The notes under the pieces: generated by a model
Told to the model about the DNA's origin: nothing
Database searches by the model: none
The model's input: the letters and a program-made list of their open reading frames with translations, nothing else
In this document: positions 27,144 to 41,404 of the stretch, in pieces
How positions within the stretch are numbered: position 1 is the stretch's first letter
Layout of the letters: every line of letters starts with the position of its first letter
Assembly: GCA_965153285.1 (NCBI GenBank)
Contig: OZ229119.1
Strand: one strand, 5' to 3'
Source of the DNA: Podarcis tiliguerta
Lineage: Eukaryota
Length of the DNA: 64,000 bases
Made by a program: the position numbers and the translations under genes

Positions 27144-27625
27144 TGTGATTAAGGAGAAGAGGTTTGTGTTTCCTTTTGGGAATGAGGCGAGCGGAGACTG
27201 TGGTGTCTTTATGATAGATGGTTTATTTACACATATATGCAACCTGAGTCTACAATAGAGGGGTTCGCAGCATTAACACCCCCAAAGAGTCTTGTTTCTT
27301 CCATAGCCACAGCCTGGGATTCCAGCAGAAATCGGCCATCATGCTCTGGTTCTCTGGCTTTCCAACCTTCAGCTTTTTGCCTTCAGCTTCTGGCTCCTGC
27401 AATTCCTTCCCTAACCTCTCTATTCTAAACTCTGGCTTTATCTGTTTAAGGCGGCAGGGTGGGTGTGCGTTCTTCGCTCAGCAGTGCCATGATCCTTTGT
27501 TCTCTTAATGGCCCATCAACCAGGCAGCTAGTCTGGCTATTTCCCAGAATTTGAAGGCTTGATTAGTTTATAACACTTGCTGGATCCAGGGATTATAGGA
27601 GTCTGGCACCCACAAACTCATAACA
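27144..27625 (-). mobile_element. Probable solo LTR
   Basis: tgtga...taaca termini; AATAAA on the minus strand near the left end; no TSD found. Confidence 0.55.
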
Positions 27626-30528
27626 ATATAGTAATTCATCAGTTCCATAGAATCTGACATTTAATTAAATAGAGCCTATTGCTAAGAATTATAATGTCAT
27701 AAAAGCCATTCTTAAATAAATGAACAATCCATCCAGAAGAATTTCAATGTTTAGACTGCAATCATAAGACTGAATTCCTATGAACACTTACTTGGGAATA
27801 AGTCCCATTGATTTCAGTTGGACTTTTGAGTAAGCAAACATAGAAGCAGCTTGCATGGGTGCTTAGTAGGATGGATGGATGAGGTATGGCACCTTGGGTG
27901 GTCTCTGCCTAAAAAAGCTGCCCTTTAAATCGTTTCATAAATCAATCACTGTTCCTTTAAAATAAATGAAACTTACTTCCAAGTTTAGTAGTGCAGCACA
28001 CACTCTGAAGGCAAGTGTGGTATCTTTGGTTTAAAAGATCAGGCAGCAGATGGCGGAAAGAGCCCCGACAGTCCAGAGCAGAGCAGACAATTACTGAGAT
28101 GGATGACTCTAGCTTGGTATGAGGGAGGTCCCAATGTTCATACCAGGACTGTAACCGAAGGAGAAGGCCTGAAGGCCTGAAATATTAAGGAAATGAACAT
28201 ATGGATCTCAGTTTTTTAAAAGTCAACCAGTTAACCAGTCATTCTCAGCCTGGAAATACAGAACCATTTACTTGTGGTGTGAGCCACACCTGTGGCTCTC
28301 CGATGGCTCCTTGCCTCAGCCAGCTTGGCAGAAAGTAAACACAGCCAAGCTGGAATTAACACAGGTACGCCAGTGCACACTGGACAAAGAGCAGGCCCAC
28401 CCTCTTCTGAACGCGGAAACTTTCAACCACGCTGGCAACAAACAAACAAATCAGACACCCCCCTCAAAAGGCCTAGATTGAAGAAAGCAGGCGTGTGGAA
28501 CCCTTTTCAGCCTGAAAGTTGCATCCCTTTCGGGAACAATAGCGGTGGGTGTGGCCAGAGGCAAAAGTGGGCAGAAAAATTAATGTAAATGTACCTATGC
28601 CAATAAAGCTTTGAGAATCTGACACACCTCTCTATCCTCCATCCAGACAACCAAGGCTGTATCCTGACCTTTCAAACATCATGAGAATGATATTAGCTAT
28701 ATCGTTCTAAAACATCACAGGGCACCGTTAAATTAAAGGTGTTCCTCATCTTTAACAATGCAGTTTCCCTACTGTCGTGTCCTGGTTGCTCTGCAGAACC
28801 CTCTAGTGGGTTATGTGTTATAGTAACACATTTTTAATTTTCAAGAAAACGTACTGCATTCGTTGCATTATGACAATCATTCCTTAACCCTTTGTTAGAA
28901 ACCATGAGTGTAGATCCACCCCATGAGGCATTATCAGAGTTCCAGGACACATTTCAGTCAGGCCAGAACACAAGGGGGGCAAAGTAGGTCCAGTAAGAGA
29001 CATGACATATCTCACCCAAATGTATGTGTTATTAAAAATACTTTATCATAAAATAGGCAAGGGTGTTGGGGTTGTTTGTTTTTTACTCATTTTATTCCAT
29101 TTTTTTAAGGCTGAGAATGGCATTGAAAAATCTGGAAAAGTATGCAATCTGAAGGCTTAGATTGGGAAGTGCAAATTAGACTAGTTTACTGAAAAATGCA
29201 AACCAGATAATTTTTTTGTTCATCTCTAGTTAGAAGCAGCATGATAAACTGCTTGACCAAGGACTCTTCTTAAGTTATTATATCTTCTTAAGTTATTATA
29301 TTAGACCATCAACAGCAATGCTGAGAGGATTTGCAGAGTCCTTTTAAGGATATATATGCATTCCTCTTTTTATTAAAAAAAATCAAGACTCAAAAGGACA
29401 GATTCCCTTAAGTAAGAGAGAACTGGGTCTCTGAAAATGTTATTTTAATAACTTCATGCAGCAACATTTTAGGCTAATATAAACAGGATATGCTGTTTTA
29501 CATCACTAAAATCTGTTTGATACAGATGGAAATCTATGCAAATTTAATAATTAATTCTTCAACAAAAACTCATACAATTAATCAGTTGATTTTTGTTTAG
29601 TTGGGTGCAAAGCCTCTGCATCGCAATGTTCATTAGCAGAAATGTTTGTACTGCACCGAACTTGTCATGTAGCAGCAAGCAGTGGCAGCAAAACAATGGC
29701 AGCACAATCCCACGTGAAGCATGTAGGGAGAAGATATGTTTAGAAAAAGGAACTGATGAATTATCTGGATTAAAGAGTCTAGACATGGGAGGGCTTTTTA
29801 ATCATGATGGAAGATGAAGATGAAACAAATCTTAATGGCAGAACAATATTCATTGAAAATCATTCACTGTTCATTTTAGGCTCCCAGTTTGCAGCAGGCC
29901 CAACACCTTCTCTTGCCTTTTGCAAAAACTTATTTCCTTAGCGCTTATGAGGGAAAGCAGATAAAATACTCTGATGATTGACAAAATAAAATAAAATATG
30001 GCTTGTCTGCACCGTTTCTGCTACCACAGCTGTCCTTTGACAAGATGGATGTTTTATTCCAAGCCAAGCAACTGCCAACACATTCCAAAGGCAGAGAAAA
30101 GGGATTAAAAGCTATTGAGGCAAGGCAAATTTATAGAAAAATTAAACAGAACAAGTGAGAACATTGACTCTGAACACACCATACGCATCATATTTTTGGT
30201 GCTGTGTAAACCGAAAGACACACAGGATTGCTGGAAATAAAGAGCACCATGTTCTGAAATAGTGGGTAAGCACAGATTTGCTTTCCATAGAAGCAATCAG
30301 CCAGAGAAAGGTGCAATGTTGGATTTGGTGCTCCGAGAGGAAGGGACGTGAGGGCACTGCTCTGTCTGTGCACACAGTGCAAAAATTATCTTGTGGTACG
30401 TTTCATATTTGATGTACTTGGTTTTTCCTGCACAGAGATTGTGTATAGTCTTAAAATAGAAGCAGTGTTCCCCATACTCCATGTCTCTCTTTCTCACAGG
30501 CACCACCCCCACCCCTTCATTCATCCGA

Positions 30529-30854
30529 TGTCATGGACTGGCTGGACGCAGAGGGATGGTGGGACGAACCAGCTGGGGAACCCCCAAGGGAAGAAGGATC
30601 AGAGCCTGAGGAATGGTGATGGGTCAATGATTGGTGGACAGAGAGAGAAGAGGGAGAAGGATCAGAGCTAGAAGCTGCAGCAGGAGAGTGGGATGAGGGA
30701 GGCCAGACCTACTGGGGATAAGCTGCTGTGCTCATTAGGCCTGACACACCACCAGATCTGTGCAGATTGTGCTCTTGCTATTAAAGAGTTAACTCCAAGT
30801 TGCATGGTCACTGACTGACTGATTGATTGATTGATTGCCAGTTGGCTCCTGACA
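30529..30854 (+). mobile_element. Solo LTR (Gypsy-like)
   Basis: tgtca...tgaca inverted termini, ATTAAA near the 3' end, partial TSD tccga/tccat. Confidence 0.7.
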
Positions 30855-31907
30855 TCCATTCACACCGTACAATCTTTCCTCTCTCTGTGTCACCCTCCTT
30901 TTGCCTCTCCCTTGACCTCAAGGACTCACCACCTTATCCTTTCTTTCCCTTCCTCAGAGACCAAACCACAGATGGGCGTGGCTAGAATGTAAGCTCCCTC
31001 CTCACCTTGTCTCTTGTTCTCATCATTTCACTCACAGGCTACACTGCATTATCACTAGGAGAACAAGAGAGAAGACATGGAGCCTGAGCGAGGGAGGATG
31101 GATCACAAGACGCACTAGATCCCACACTTTGTGGCCGGATGAGAACCAAGGGAGCGAGGATTAGGGGGAAATTGTCTGGGTGAGAGTCAGAGCATGGGCA
31201 GGAACCTTCAGCCCAATGAGGCCTGCCAATCTGAACTCAATTTCCCCCTATTTCCACCCACCTATCTTGCAACTGCTGTCATCCAATGTCAGGTGTGGAG
31301 TAGGTAAAACTGCAGCTGTAAAGGAACAATTGAGTATGTCGTCAGTTGCTCATTTGCAAGCTCAGGCAAATGCAAGTATGGTTCCTATTGGAAACTCCCA
31401 AGTGGATCTGATGTCTGCCAAAAGTAGCACACCTTGCATTCGGCACCAAACCCAAACATGGCTTGCACTGGGCACAGTTTAAATCTGGCACCCAATGCAA
31501 ATTATGCTGCTTTTGGCCAGGGTTGGATCAGGTGCCTGATGGGTGGGCAGCCCTGCCCATTTGCCAGACATGGCCTTCTTTGCTCCGTGTTTGGCTACAA
31601 TCTGATCGCGCCCTCCAGCCCAAGGTGGTTTCCATGCGTTACTACATGCTCCTGGGGATTTGCATGCCCTTCACCACCACGTGCTGCTCGGAATGCTGAA
31701 GTTTGGCACGGGGTCAAAGCTCACGGGGATTTAGCTCTGCAAGGTGCAGAGTGTCTTTCCCTCACCTCTTGGTAACTACAACTAGTTCTCTACACACACC
31801 TGGCAGGCTTGAAACTTGTGAACTTTCCCATTTCAAAAATTAAGAAAAAGGGCGTTAGCCATTTCACATGTTTGTTAATAAATACATACCAAATCTCTGC
31901 ATGTTGG

Positions 31908-33129
31908 TATTCTCAGCATACTGCCGGAGAGAACAGCTGGTGGTAAACTATCAGAAAACCAAAGTCATGGTTTTCGCAAGGAAACATAGATCACATAGCT
32001 GGAGCATGAACAACCACCCAGTTGAGCAGGTTAAAGCCTTTAAATACCTGGGCATAGTCTTCCAGGCATCGGGGTCATGGGATGTACACCAAAAATGTGT
32101 TAAAGAAAAAGCAGCCCAAAGTGCTAAGACGTTTTTTCCATACAAAGGGCGGGAAATACATCCCAGCAGCCCTAGAAGTTTTCCAAGCCAAATCTTTGGC
32201 GCAGATACTTTACGGGGCCCAAATTTGTACGGGTAATCATTGCAGTATTCTTGAAACTGTCCAATCCAAATTTTAAAGGCAGATTTTTTCTGTACCACCT
32301 TGTGTCCCAAATGCAGCATTACGACTGGAGGCAAGTCTTCCCTCTGTAGAAGCTCGGTCCTGGCAAAGAACTCTTAATTATTGGCTCCGTCTAAATTTAA
32401 ATCCACCTGGTATACTTCCCTTAGTGACACAAGACCCCCATAAAAGTGTGTGGCTTAAAATTGTGCACCAAAAACTCCTCTCCTGCGGACTCCACCCACA
32501 TCAGCTTCTCACGATGGGCTTTATTAAAGCAAAAAGGCTAATTGGACAGCGTCTGAAGGACATAGAGCAACAGAACAATCTGGCCATTATAAAGAAATTC
32601 TGTCCTTGGTATGCCTCCCCCCCCCCTCAGTTTGATTCCCTGGCACCATATTTGTATAAATTAACTATCCCAAAATACAGAAGTGCCTTCATACTGGCCA
32701 GATTGGATGTGATGCCCTCTGCCGTACTTGAGGGCAGAGACCAAAAGATTCCAACTGTGAAACGACTCTGCCCCTGTGGAGACGGCAATCTGGAAACAGT
32801 GGCTCATGTTCTCCTGCCCTGTCCCCTTTATAAAGATCTGAGGAATGAGATCATTACCCCACTCTAACTTACCATCCCAGGCCACCCTTCAGAGGCCACA
32901 CTGTTCTTTCTTTTACCAGATCAAAATGATCAGACAACAGCAAAGGTTGCTAGGTTGATCGAGGGTGCAGTGAGATTAAGGGCCACTATCTGAACGATAA
33001 TCTTGGTCATTTGATTGCCCTTTTTACCCATAGCTGTCTTTTTTATTTGTATATATTTTATTTGTATATATTGCTTGTTTTATGTTGCTATGGCCGTTGG
33101 CTAATGCGAATAAAGTTTATCTTATCTTA
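31908..33129 (+). mobile_element. RTE-X-like LINE, 5' truncated and frameshifted
   Basis: KTKVMVF...FKYLGIVF RT thumb; C-terminal RLCPCGDGNLETVAHVLLPCPLY zinc knuckle; AATAAA plus (ttatc)n tail; exact 12-bp TSD tctgcatgttgg. Confidence 0.85.
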
Positions 33130-33930
33130 TCTGCATGTTGGACATAATCTGTATTGGTGCCTACATGTGTAGTGCTAGAGAACACGTGTAAGCCTGATAA
33201 TGTGTCAAAATAACTGGTGAAACTGGAGGGTAAAAACCACTGGTTATCAGGTGTACATGGCATTCTACATGTTCAGGTGCCAAAGCATTCCGTCCACTGA
33301 ACCTAGGTGAGTCCAAATGCCAAGAAGGGAGCAAAGAGAGGGAAGTTTGCTCTGGGGGCAGAACAGATGGGCAGCTTCCATTCTGCTCATTCAGGATACA
33401 GCATGTGTAAAAAAGTGACTCAGTGATTAGCATGGGAATGTCTGCAGGATTTTTACTAGTGCTACATCACAAGGGGTTGACCTTATATCGTAGTACATGA
33501 ATATATTGAAATAAATTAGAAAGTGAAATATAGCAGTTCACTATGGAACTCTCTTTGTAACTCCAAATCTCAGAGTAAAATGTCAGAAACTTGGCAGACA
33601 TACACACTTCCTAAGATTTCAATATATATACAGTATATATTTAAAGCAAACCTCTGATCATATATAAAGTTTTTTGTTTTTGCTTATGGAGAATCAGTGG
33701 AGAATGGAGGGGCCACTGCATGTGAATATCAAATAATTATGGCATCATAAGGGTCTCTATCTGTCACAGAAACACATTCTTATCACTGCGCATGTTACAT
33801 GGGTTTGGGTATGAGGTGAAGGGTTATTGGAGCAGATTCCCAAAGTGACAGCTGTTAGTGGGCTACTGCCAAAGGGAAACATTCTACCATTGTTTTGACT
33901 CTCGTTCCTGAAACAATTACAAGAAGAATG

Positions 33931-33982
<52 letters not shown>

Positions 33983-33984
33983 TC
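33931..33984. repeat. (TTTC)n microsatellite
   Basis: Directly visible tandem repeat. Confidence 0.95.
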
Positions 33985-34624
33985 AAAATGTGCAATTTGG
34001 CATGCTTAAAAATGTTCCTAAATATAGAGCCTAATGAAGGAAAGAGACCAGTTTTGAAGGAGCTGCATTTTAAATGAACCCATTTTGTTTATGCTGCAGT
34101 CGAGTATCATTTTACTGATGTGGCTGCTCATACATCACTGTGCTAATGAGGCAATGAGTAACCAGGCGACACAAGGCCTGCTTTATTTCCAGATCCTACA
34201 ACTTCAACCAACTGAACAACCAGAGTAACGGGGCAGGACCAAGGCATGGATGAAATACTGCTACTACTACTACTGTTACTACTACTGTTACTACTAATAG
34301 GAACTCTTCTCAATATACTAGCTCCATCAGTTGTGGTGACTTTAATCATACACAGAGGACCACATGTGACAGAAATGAGTCAACTAGCTTAGGAAAGAAA
34401 TAGCTGGGATCTCACCCCCAGCTTCTCCTTGCCTCCCTACCTCCATCACTGCAACCTGTGCATCTTCTCTCCCCAGCCAGGGGGGGAAAGAGGATTGCAG
34501 ATACTGATGATGCCTAGTGAAGACAAGCAATCGAATCAATGGCACAATCTCTTTCTTCTAAATTAAGTAATCTACACTCAGAAACAAAGATCCTGTTGTG
34601 TGTCAGAACTACATCAGCTCTGAG

Positions 34625-34627
<3 letters not shown>

Positions 34628-34677
<50 letters not shown>
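34628..34677. repeat. (GA)n microsatellite
   Basis: Directly visible tandem repeat. Confidence 0.95.
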
Positions 34678-34680
<3 letters not shown>

Positions 34681-35441
34681 GTTGAAGGTATGGAGTCAGT
34701 AAGGGAAAAATCACTGGGTTTCTTGCTTGAGTTAGCTGGAACTTGGGCAGCTTGGGGAGGTTCACACAAATTGTACTTGGGGGATCTGTTGCTTGCTGAA
34801 GGAGTGCCTTTTTGTTCCCACAGTGTAGATATTTAAATAAAGCAAATAGTACAAAACCACCACAAGACTCCAGTGCTTTCTCCTCTAAAGCAACCTAAAT
34901 CCAGTAGAGCTGATTCTGCTGGAATTTCTCACCACTTGGCTACAAACATGAGAACAAATAAGCACTCTCAGCCCTCCGAATGACTGCATATGTGCCAGTG
35001 TTTTGAGCATAAGCTGACAGGACATATAAGGAGCTGCCTGATATTGAGCCCGGTCCAGTTGTGGCCAGCGGGGTGGCATGAGTGGGGCTGCATTGCTCTC
35101 CTGGCTTCTGACCACCACAGGCCACTTCTGCTTACTAGGAAAAGGAACGGCAAAGGAGCTTGGCGGTTGCAGGCATACGTGGGGGCAAGAGCCAACACAA
35201 GCTGCTGTGCTTGCACCAAGCTGAGTTTGCTGCTGCCTTGCCCTTCTCTTGCTCTCAGGAAGCAACAATAACAGTGTTTGGAAGCTGGGAGAGCAACCCA
35301 GATCCACCTGTGCCACCCTGGTCAACTCCACCTTCTACCCTAGAAAACAGCAATTTTGGAAGGTCTCAGGGGGACTTATTTCCCAGGCGTGTTGCCAGAG
35401 ACGGAATATGATGGGACCTTGTATGCAAAGCATGCATTCTG

Positions 35442-35582
35442 TAGAATCAGAGAATTGTAGAGTTGGAAGGGATGAGGGTGGGCATCTAGTTCAACCCCCT
35501 ACAATGCTGGAATCTTCTGCGCAACGTGGAGCTCAGACTCATGACCCTAAGATTAAGAGTCTCATGTTCTACGGATAGAGCT
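35442..35582 (-). mobile_element. tRNA-Lys-headed SINE with CR1 tail
   Basis: Minus strand reads agaacatgagactcttaatcttagggtcatgag (tRNA-Lys-like), then ggggttgaactagatg...attctctgattcta CR1 tail. Confidence 0.75.
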
Positions 35583-35624
35583 CAGTCGATTATGGCTCCT
35601 CCAAAGTTATGTGATCAGGTCTTT

Positions 35625-35817
35625 GTTGTTGTTTAGTCGTTCAGTCGTGTCCGACTCTTCATGACCCCCTGGACCAGAGCACACCAGGCACTCCTGTCTT
35701 CCACTGCCACCCGCAGTTTGGTCAGACTCATGTTTGTAGCTTCGAGAACACTGTCTAACCATCTCATCCTCTGTTGTCCCCTTCTCCTTGTGCCCTCCAT
35801 CTTTCCCATCTTTCTCC
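35625..35817 (-). mobile_element. BovB (RTE) 3' end
   Basis: BovB 3' terminus (gagtcggacacgactgaacgactaaacaacaa); 11-bp TSD atcaggtcttt. Confidence 0.9.
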
Positions 35818-35906
35818 ATCAGGTCTTTACATCAAAGCAAAGCCAAACAACCCTTGACAGAGCTAGATTATGTTTACTGCTAAAACTAATACTTGCATTG
35901 TTACAT

Positions 35907-36044
35907 TGTCAGTTGGTTAGAGCATGGGCTGATAATGCCAAGGTAGCAGGTTCCATCTCCATATGGGACACCTGCATTGCAGGGGGTTGGGCTAGATGAT
36001 CTCCAGGGTCCTTTCCAACCCCACAATTCTATGATCTCTATGAT
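35907..36044 (+). mobile_element. tRNA-headed SINE with CR1 tail
   Basis: tcagttggttagagcat...gcaggttc head followed by gggggttgggctagatgat...attctatga tail. Confidence 0.75.
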
Positions 36045-37228
36045 CCCTGTGTACTTGAGCATATTGAAGACTTCTGTTAATTTACAGCACCATCAGTAAT
36101 TATTAGCAATAAGTGCACTATTATGCTCTGAAACACAGCACTGCCAATTTGCTATTTCATAATGAAACACAGTGGAAATGGAATGTGTAGATGGAAAATG
36201 TACTCCCAGCTTACCAAGAAGCTAAGAATAATCACGCGACCCCTTCCCTCCCCCCACCTGCCCTGGAAGGGATGTAAAGCCAGGCGTCAATCAATTGCCA
36301 TGCTTGTTAGCGAAATAGTGGATTTGGGGGCTATTTACTACCCTAGGCAATGCTCTTTCTTAGCATTTTCAGCTAAGCATGAAAATGCATGTGTATTTCT
36401 CAAACCATGTTTTTCTGAAGGTCATGGCTAGCTGACATTAGGGTTTGAAACAGCCTAGTAAAAAGTGAAAAGTGGCATTTAAACTTAATTACAGGTTAAC
36501 GCTAAAGAGCAAGGTAAACCAAAATATTTTTGTTGAGGACAAGGGTCCCCCTAAGCAATAGAAATGCAAATTAATATTCTCCTAGCAAGGACTATGCAGA
36601 TATGTACAACATGGCCAGGCAGTTATTTTGTAATGCCAAAAATCATACGGGGATGGGGAGGGTAGTTCTGTAGCTTTAAAATGGACATTAAATAAATAAA
36701 AATAAAAATAAAAAATTATTATTTATACCCCAACCATCTGGCTGGGTTTCACCAGCCACTCTTTTAGAGGGAAAATAGAAAGAGATCCATAATATGCTTT
36801 CTCTTGCATTACAAGTCTGCCAATGCATATGTGTTTTGCACTTGTAGGTCCAACATTATAGACATGATTCCACCAAATATCCATGTAGCTCCTCTTTGCT
36901 GCAGAAATAAAAAAGGGCTGAGGAGAAATAGCATGTTCCCTATTATTACTTCAAACAACTATGTTGACCATGATGTCAGGCAGGAGTGCAGTCTTCCAGA
37001 TGTTGTTCCCTTCATCTCTGAACACTGGTCATGACAAGAGTCCTACAACCTCTGGAAGGCCACAGGGTAGCCAACTCTGAGGTAGAGGCATGTTGCTCCT
37101 ACCTGAACCCTTATTTTCTGGCTGCCAAACTGGGAAAACGGGTTCATTCTGGTCCTCACTGCAGCCCTTCATCCCAATGAAGACAATGCCCACTCCCATT
37201 AAGCACCTCAGCTGCTAAAGCAGGACAT

Positions 37229-38161
37229 GTTGTTGTTGTTGTTTAGTCGTGTCCAACTCTTTGTGACCCCATGGACCAGAGCACACCAGACACTCCTGTC
37301 TTAACAGCATCATCTTTTAAGATTTTAAATAGTTCAGCTAGGATGTCATCACTTCCATTGGCCTTGTTATTAGCAGTGCTTTCTAAGGCCCATTTGACCT
37401 CACTCTCCAGGATTTCATTCTCAAGGTCAACAACCATACAATCTGGGGTATCTGGGACATCCGTATCTTTTTGGTATAATTCCTCTGTGCATTCTTGCCA
37501 CCTCTTCTTAATGTCTTCTGCTTCTGTTAAGTCCTTACCACTTTTGTCCTTTATCATGTCCATCTTTGTGTGAAATGTTCCTTTCATATTTTCAATTTTC
37601 TTGAACAGATCTTTGGTTTTCCCCATTCTATTGTTTTCCTCTATTTTTTTTACACTGCTCGTTTAAAAAGGCCCTCTTGTCTCTCTTTGCTATTCTTTGG
37701 AGGTCTGCATTCAATTTCCTGTATCTTTCACTATTTCTCTTGCATTTTTCTTGCCTTCTCTCCCCCACTATTTGTAAGGCCTCGTTGGACAGCCACTTTG
37801 CTTTCATGCATTTCCTTTTCATTGGGATGGTTCTCATTGTTGCCTCCTGTATAATTTTACGAGCCTCCATCCATAGTTCTTCAGGCACTCTGTCTATCAA
37901 ATCTAAATCTTTAAATCTTTTTCTCACTTCCACTGTGTATTCATAAGGGATTTGATTTAGATTGTATCTTACTGGCCCAATGGTTTCCCTTACTTTCTTC
38001 AGTTTAAGCTGGAATTTTGCTATAAGAAGCTGATGAGCAGATCCACAGTCAGCTCCAGTTCTTGTTTTTGCTTTCTGTATAGAGCTTCTCCATCTTTGGC
38101 TACAGAGAATATAATCAATCTGATTTTGATTCTGCCCATCTGGTGATGTCCATGTGTAGAG
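37229..38161 (-). mobile_element. BovB LINE, 5' truncated and internally deleted
   Basis: LYTWTSPDGQ..NQIDYILCSQRWRSSI..ADCGS.HQLLIAKF..LFKILKDDAVK joined directly to the 3' tail; 9-bp TSD gcaggacat. Confidence 0.92.
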
Positions 38162-40185
38162 GCAGGACATAGGAAAGGCATAAACCTAATTCACGCGCAA
38201 CATTAACCCATGGCTTAGTATTATGTGCACAAGTAGAAAGTTGCCTTGGGCTCGTGTGCTGACTTTCCTCTCCTGCTTAGTGAAGCATGCAAGCCTCAAT
38301 CTCATGGTTTGAAGTTGGGTTATTTGGAAACTTACCAGATTCTGTTTTATGCCACAATCGCTCATTGCCATGTAACAGCAAAGCAGGCAAACAAGGCAAA
38401 TGAACAGGAAGAAAATGAAAAAGACATGTGCCTCCCATTACACCTCACTAACCTCTCTAAGGGCCAAACTGCAAGTTAGGTGGAGACCCATGATCAGACC
38501 ATCTGAAGTTTAGGAACTGAGGAAGCTGCCTTATACTTAATCAAACCATGTTTCTTCACCTAAAAGCCATGGCCGCGGCTAATAGAATTATTGAGTAAGG
38601 GGCTTGTTTGGAGAATTGGTACTGGGGGAAATAATTAAACTCCCCACCCAATTACAAACACAGACACCACACGGCTGCTTTTAGAAAAAGAAACAGGCAT
38701 TAACATGTAGTTTGGCCCTCTGATGACGCAGCAGATGTTTTCCCTTGCCACTGTCATCCCTGCAAGTCTCCCAAACTGTCCCAAACTCATTCATTTCTTG
38801 ATCTCTAAACACTTTACTTTGTGCAAAAGAAATCATACTAAGTGATAAAACAAGAAAAGAAAGATTAATATAATGGTGGCTAACACAATGGCCTTTGCCC
38901 CACTGATTCTGGCATCGTCTGCCAGCAAACCATAAATCCGAGTCAATGGGAAACCAAGTCTTGCTCAGATATTTGTACTGGCAACTGTTCCCCACTTGGA
39001 AAGGATATTTTCTTCTCGGCATGACAACAAAACGTCTTCAATAATAACAATAAACTCTAGAAAATGTACACATATAAAGATAGCGTCTGTTGTCAGAGGA
39101 CTCATACAGCTAGACCACTAATTTTGTAGAGCCCCTTTCTTTCTTTATAACATCATACATTAAATCTGGGGAATCTATTTCTCCTCTAATAACTTTTGGA
39201 ATTTCAACAAATCTTGGTGCTGGTGGATGGATGCATCAAGGCCGCTTTCAAGAATTTTTCTTGAAAGGAAAAATAAAAGAGGCTATAGCAAAGCTGCTCT
39301 GTATTATGATCAATCACGGCTTAATCAGATTTGATGCTTAAACAGGACAGGCAGAATTGTTCAGCTGCAACAGATTGTTTTCTGTTTGTCTGAAGTCATC
39401 CTGGGTTTCTCCTCCCCCCCCCACCCCCAGCAGCTTCCTGTAGCGTTACATGTAAGAAGATAATGAAAAACAGGAGAGAACGTGGGCAAAATTATTCTTG
39501 TCCGGTACATGGCAGAATATGCAATTCAGGAAATTATGAGACCAATTAAATGAAGCAGCCACTGTGTCAGATACTTTGTTCAAAAAAGAAGGGGAGGGGG
39601 GAGAGAGAGGGTGTTCAGGAAGACACATGATGCCAAATTCCTTATCTTTACAACACTGAGAATTGCTGCGTCTGAGAGAAGAGAGTGTAGGAGCTCTGGG
39701 CTGATTCACACCTTAAGGACAGAGGTGGAATTGTAACTCAGAAGGAGGCAGCCTCTGGCCTCCCTGGACAATTGACAGGCTACGTTATCAGTCTGCCATC
39801 ATGCAGACACACCAAGAACTAAAGACCTGGGCAGAGCCAATAGCTAAAGCACACGATCTTCTTCACAGGCCACACATGGAAAATATTTTCAAGGGATTAA
39901 ACATTTGCAAAACAGGTAATTTCCCCTAACCTCGCTCATAAGACAGGCTAGGGAAGTATGCCCATTTTACAGATGGAATACATAGTGAGGTAAAGTGATG
40001 TCTATGAAGACCCGTTGCTGGGAATTGTGGGTGGGAACGTCTCCTGCTTCCCAAAGGTATCTGGATCTGGGTAGCAGCTTTCAGTTTGAAACGGGAAGAT
40101 CAACTATTTTTTTAGTTCTGTGTGAGCACCTATCTTTTAAAAAAAGCAGTTATTTTTCCTATTGCCTAGTATTGGATTGCAATTA

Positions 40186-40389
40186 CAGTGGTACCTCGGG
40201 TTACAGACGCTTCAGTTGACAGACTCCGCTAACCCAGAAGCAGTACCTCAGGTTAAGAACTTTGCTTCAGGATGAGAACAGAAATCGCGTGGCGGCAGCA
40301 GCAGGAGGCCCCATTAAAGGCTAAAGTGGTGCTTCAGGTTAAGAACAGACCTCCAGAACAAATTAAGTTATTAACCCAAGGTACCATGG
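40186..40389. mobile_element. Tc1/mariner MITE, same family as 26851-27081
   Basis: cagtggtacctcgggttacagacgc start, body similar to the other copy, TA flanks. Confidence 0.88.
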
Positions 40390-41404
40390 TAATAGGTATG
40401 GACCCATAGAGGAGTTACGCTTTGAGCCATTTTAATATAAATATTTATGTGGTGAAGATCTCAGCGGCTGCCCAAAAAAGAGCAGAGCACAACAAATTAA
40501 AGGAAACTCTTTAAAGCTGCATCTGAAGACCTGCCCAATCGGAAAATTGTCCCCACTGCACCCCCCCCAAAACTAGATGCCCTTAACATTGAATTCCTTA
40601 TCTGTTTTGAGGCACAGGCGGACACTCCCCTTAAAAAAGAGATTTTATTGTGGCCACTCTGAATAGATGGCCTTTACAGTGTTTATGTTTTCTCGCAACC
40701 ACAATAGATTAGAACCCTTTTCAGAAAAAAAGGAGGGAGTATTTATTTACGCAGCTGTGTGCGAGCCATTTGTGGACAGGTGCAGACTGTAGCTCTGGGA
40801 CATTGTGTGGTATAAAAAGAATGGGATTCACATCAATTGGTGGAACATCCTGCTGGCAAGACTTGATTTCATGAACAGACCTCAGAATCAAGACATGTTA
40901 TTTACTTTCTGAGATCAGAGGCTGATTTAGGGAAGCACGACTGGTTTGGTCCCACTGGGTGCAGAGTCTCAGGGCCACTGCGGGGGGGGGGGGGGGCTGC
41001 AACTAGGATGTAGAATGGAAGGGGAAAGGTGGAGGGGAGCACAGACTCACAGGGCGCCACTGAAATGTGAGACCCTAAGATCTTCCACTGGTGAGATGGT
41101 CTAGGAGAGAACATCTCCTACTCAGAGCTTGCAGGGCAGCAGCTGAAGAAGGAGCAAAAAGGGGTTTCCTTGTGTGTGTGTTTCTTTGTGGCTGATTAGC
41201 TGCTCTCCCTGTGCAAAGGTCAGAGGGGGCTGTTGAAACCCTAGTGGTGCACACAGTTTGATCCATCTTTTAGATTTAGGGGAGCTAGTCTCAAACGTTT
41301 GTTGGGGGAGACCTAGGTTTTTTGGGGGGGGAGTTATTTGTCCTGTCTTCACGCTTTTTATGATGCAGGACCGCTGTAGCCACCCCCAACAACACGTTCT
41401 CAAG

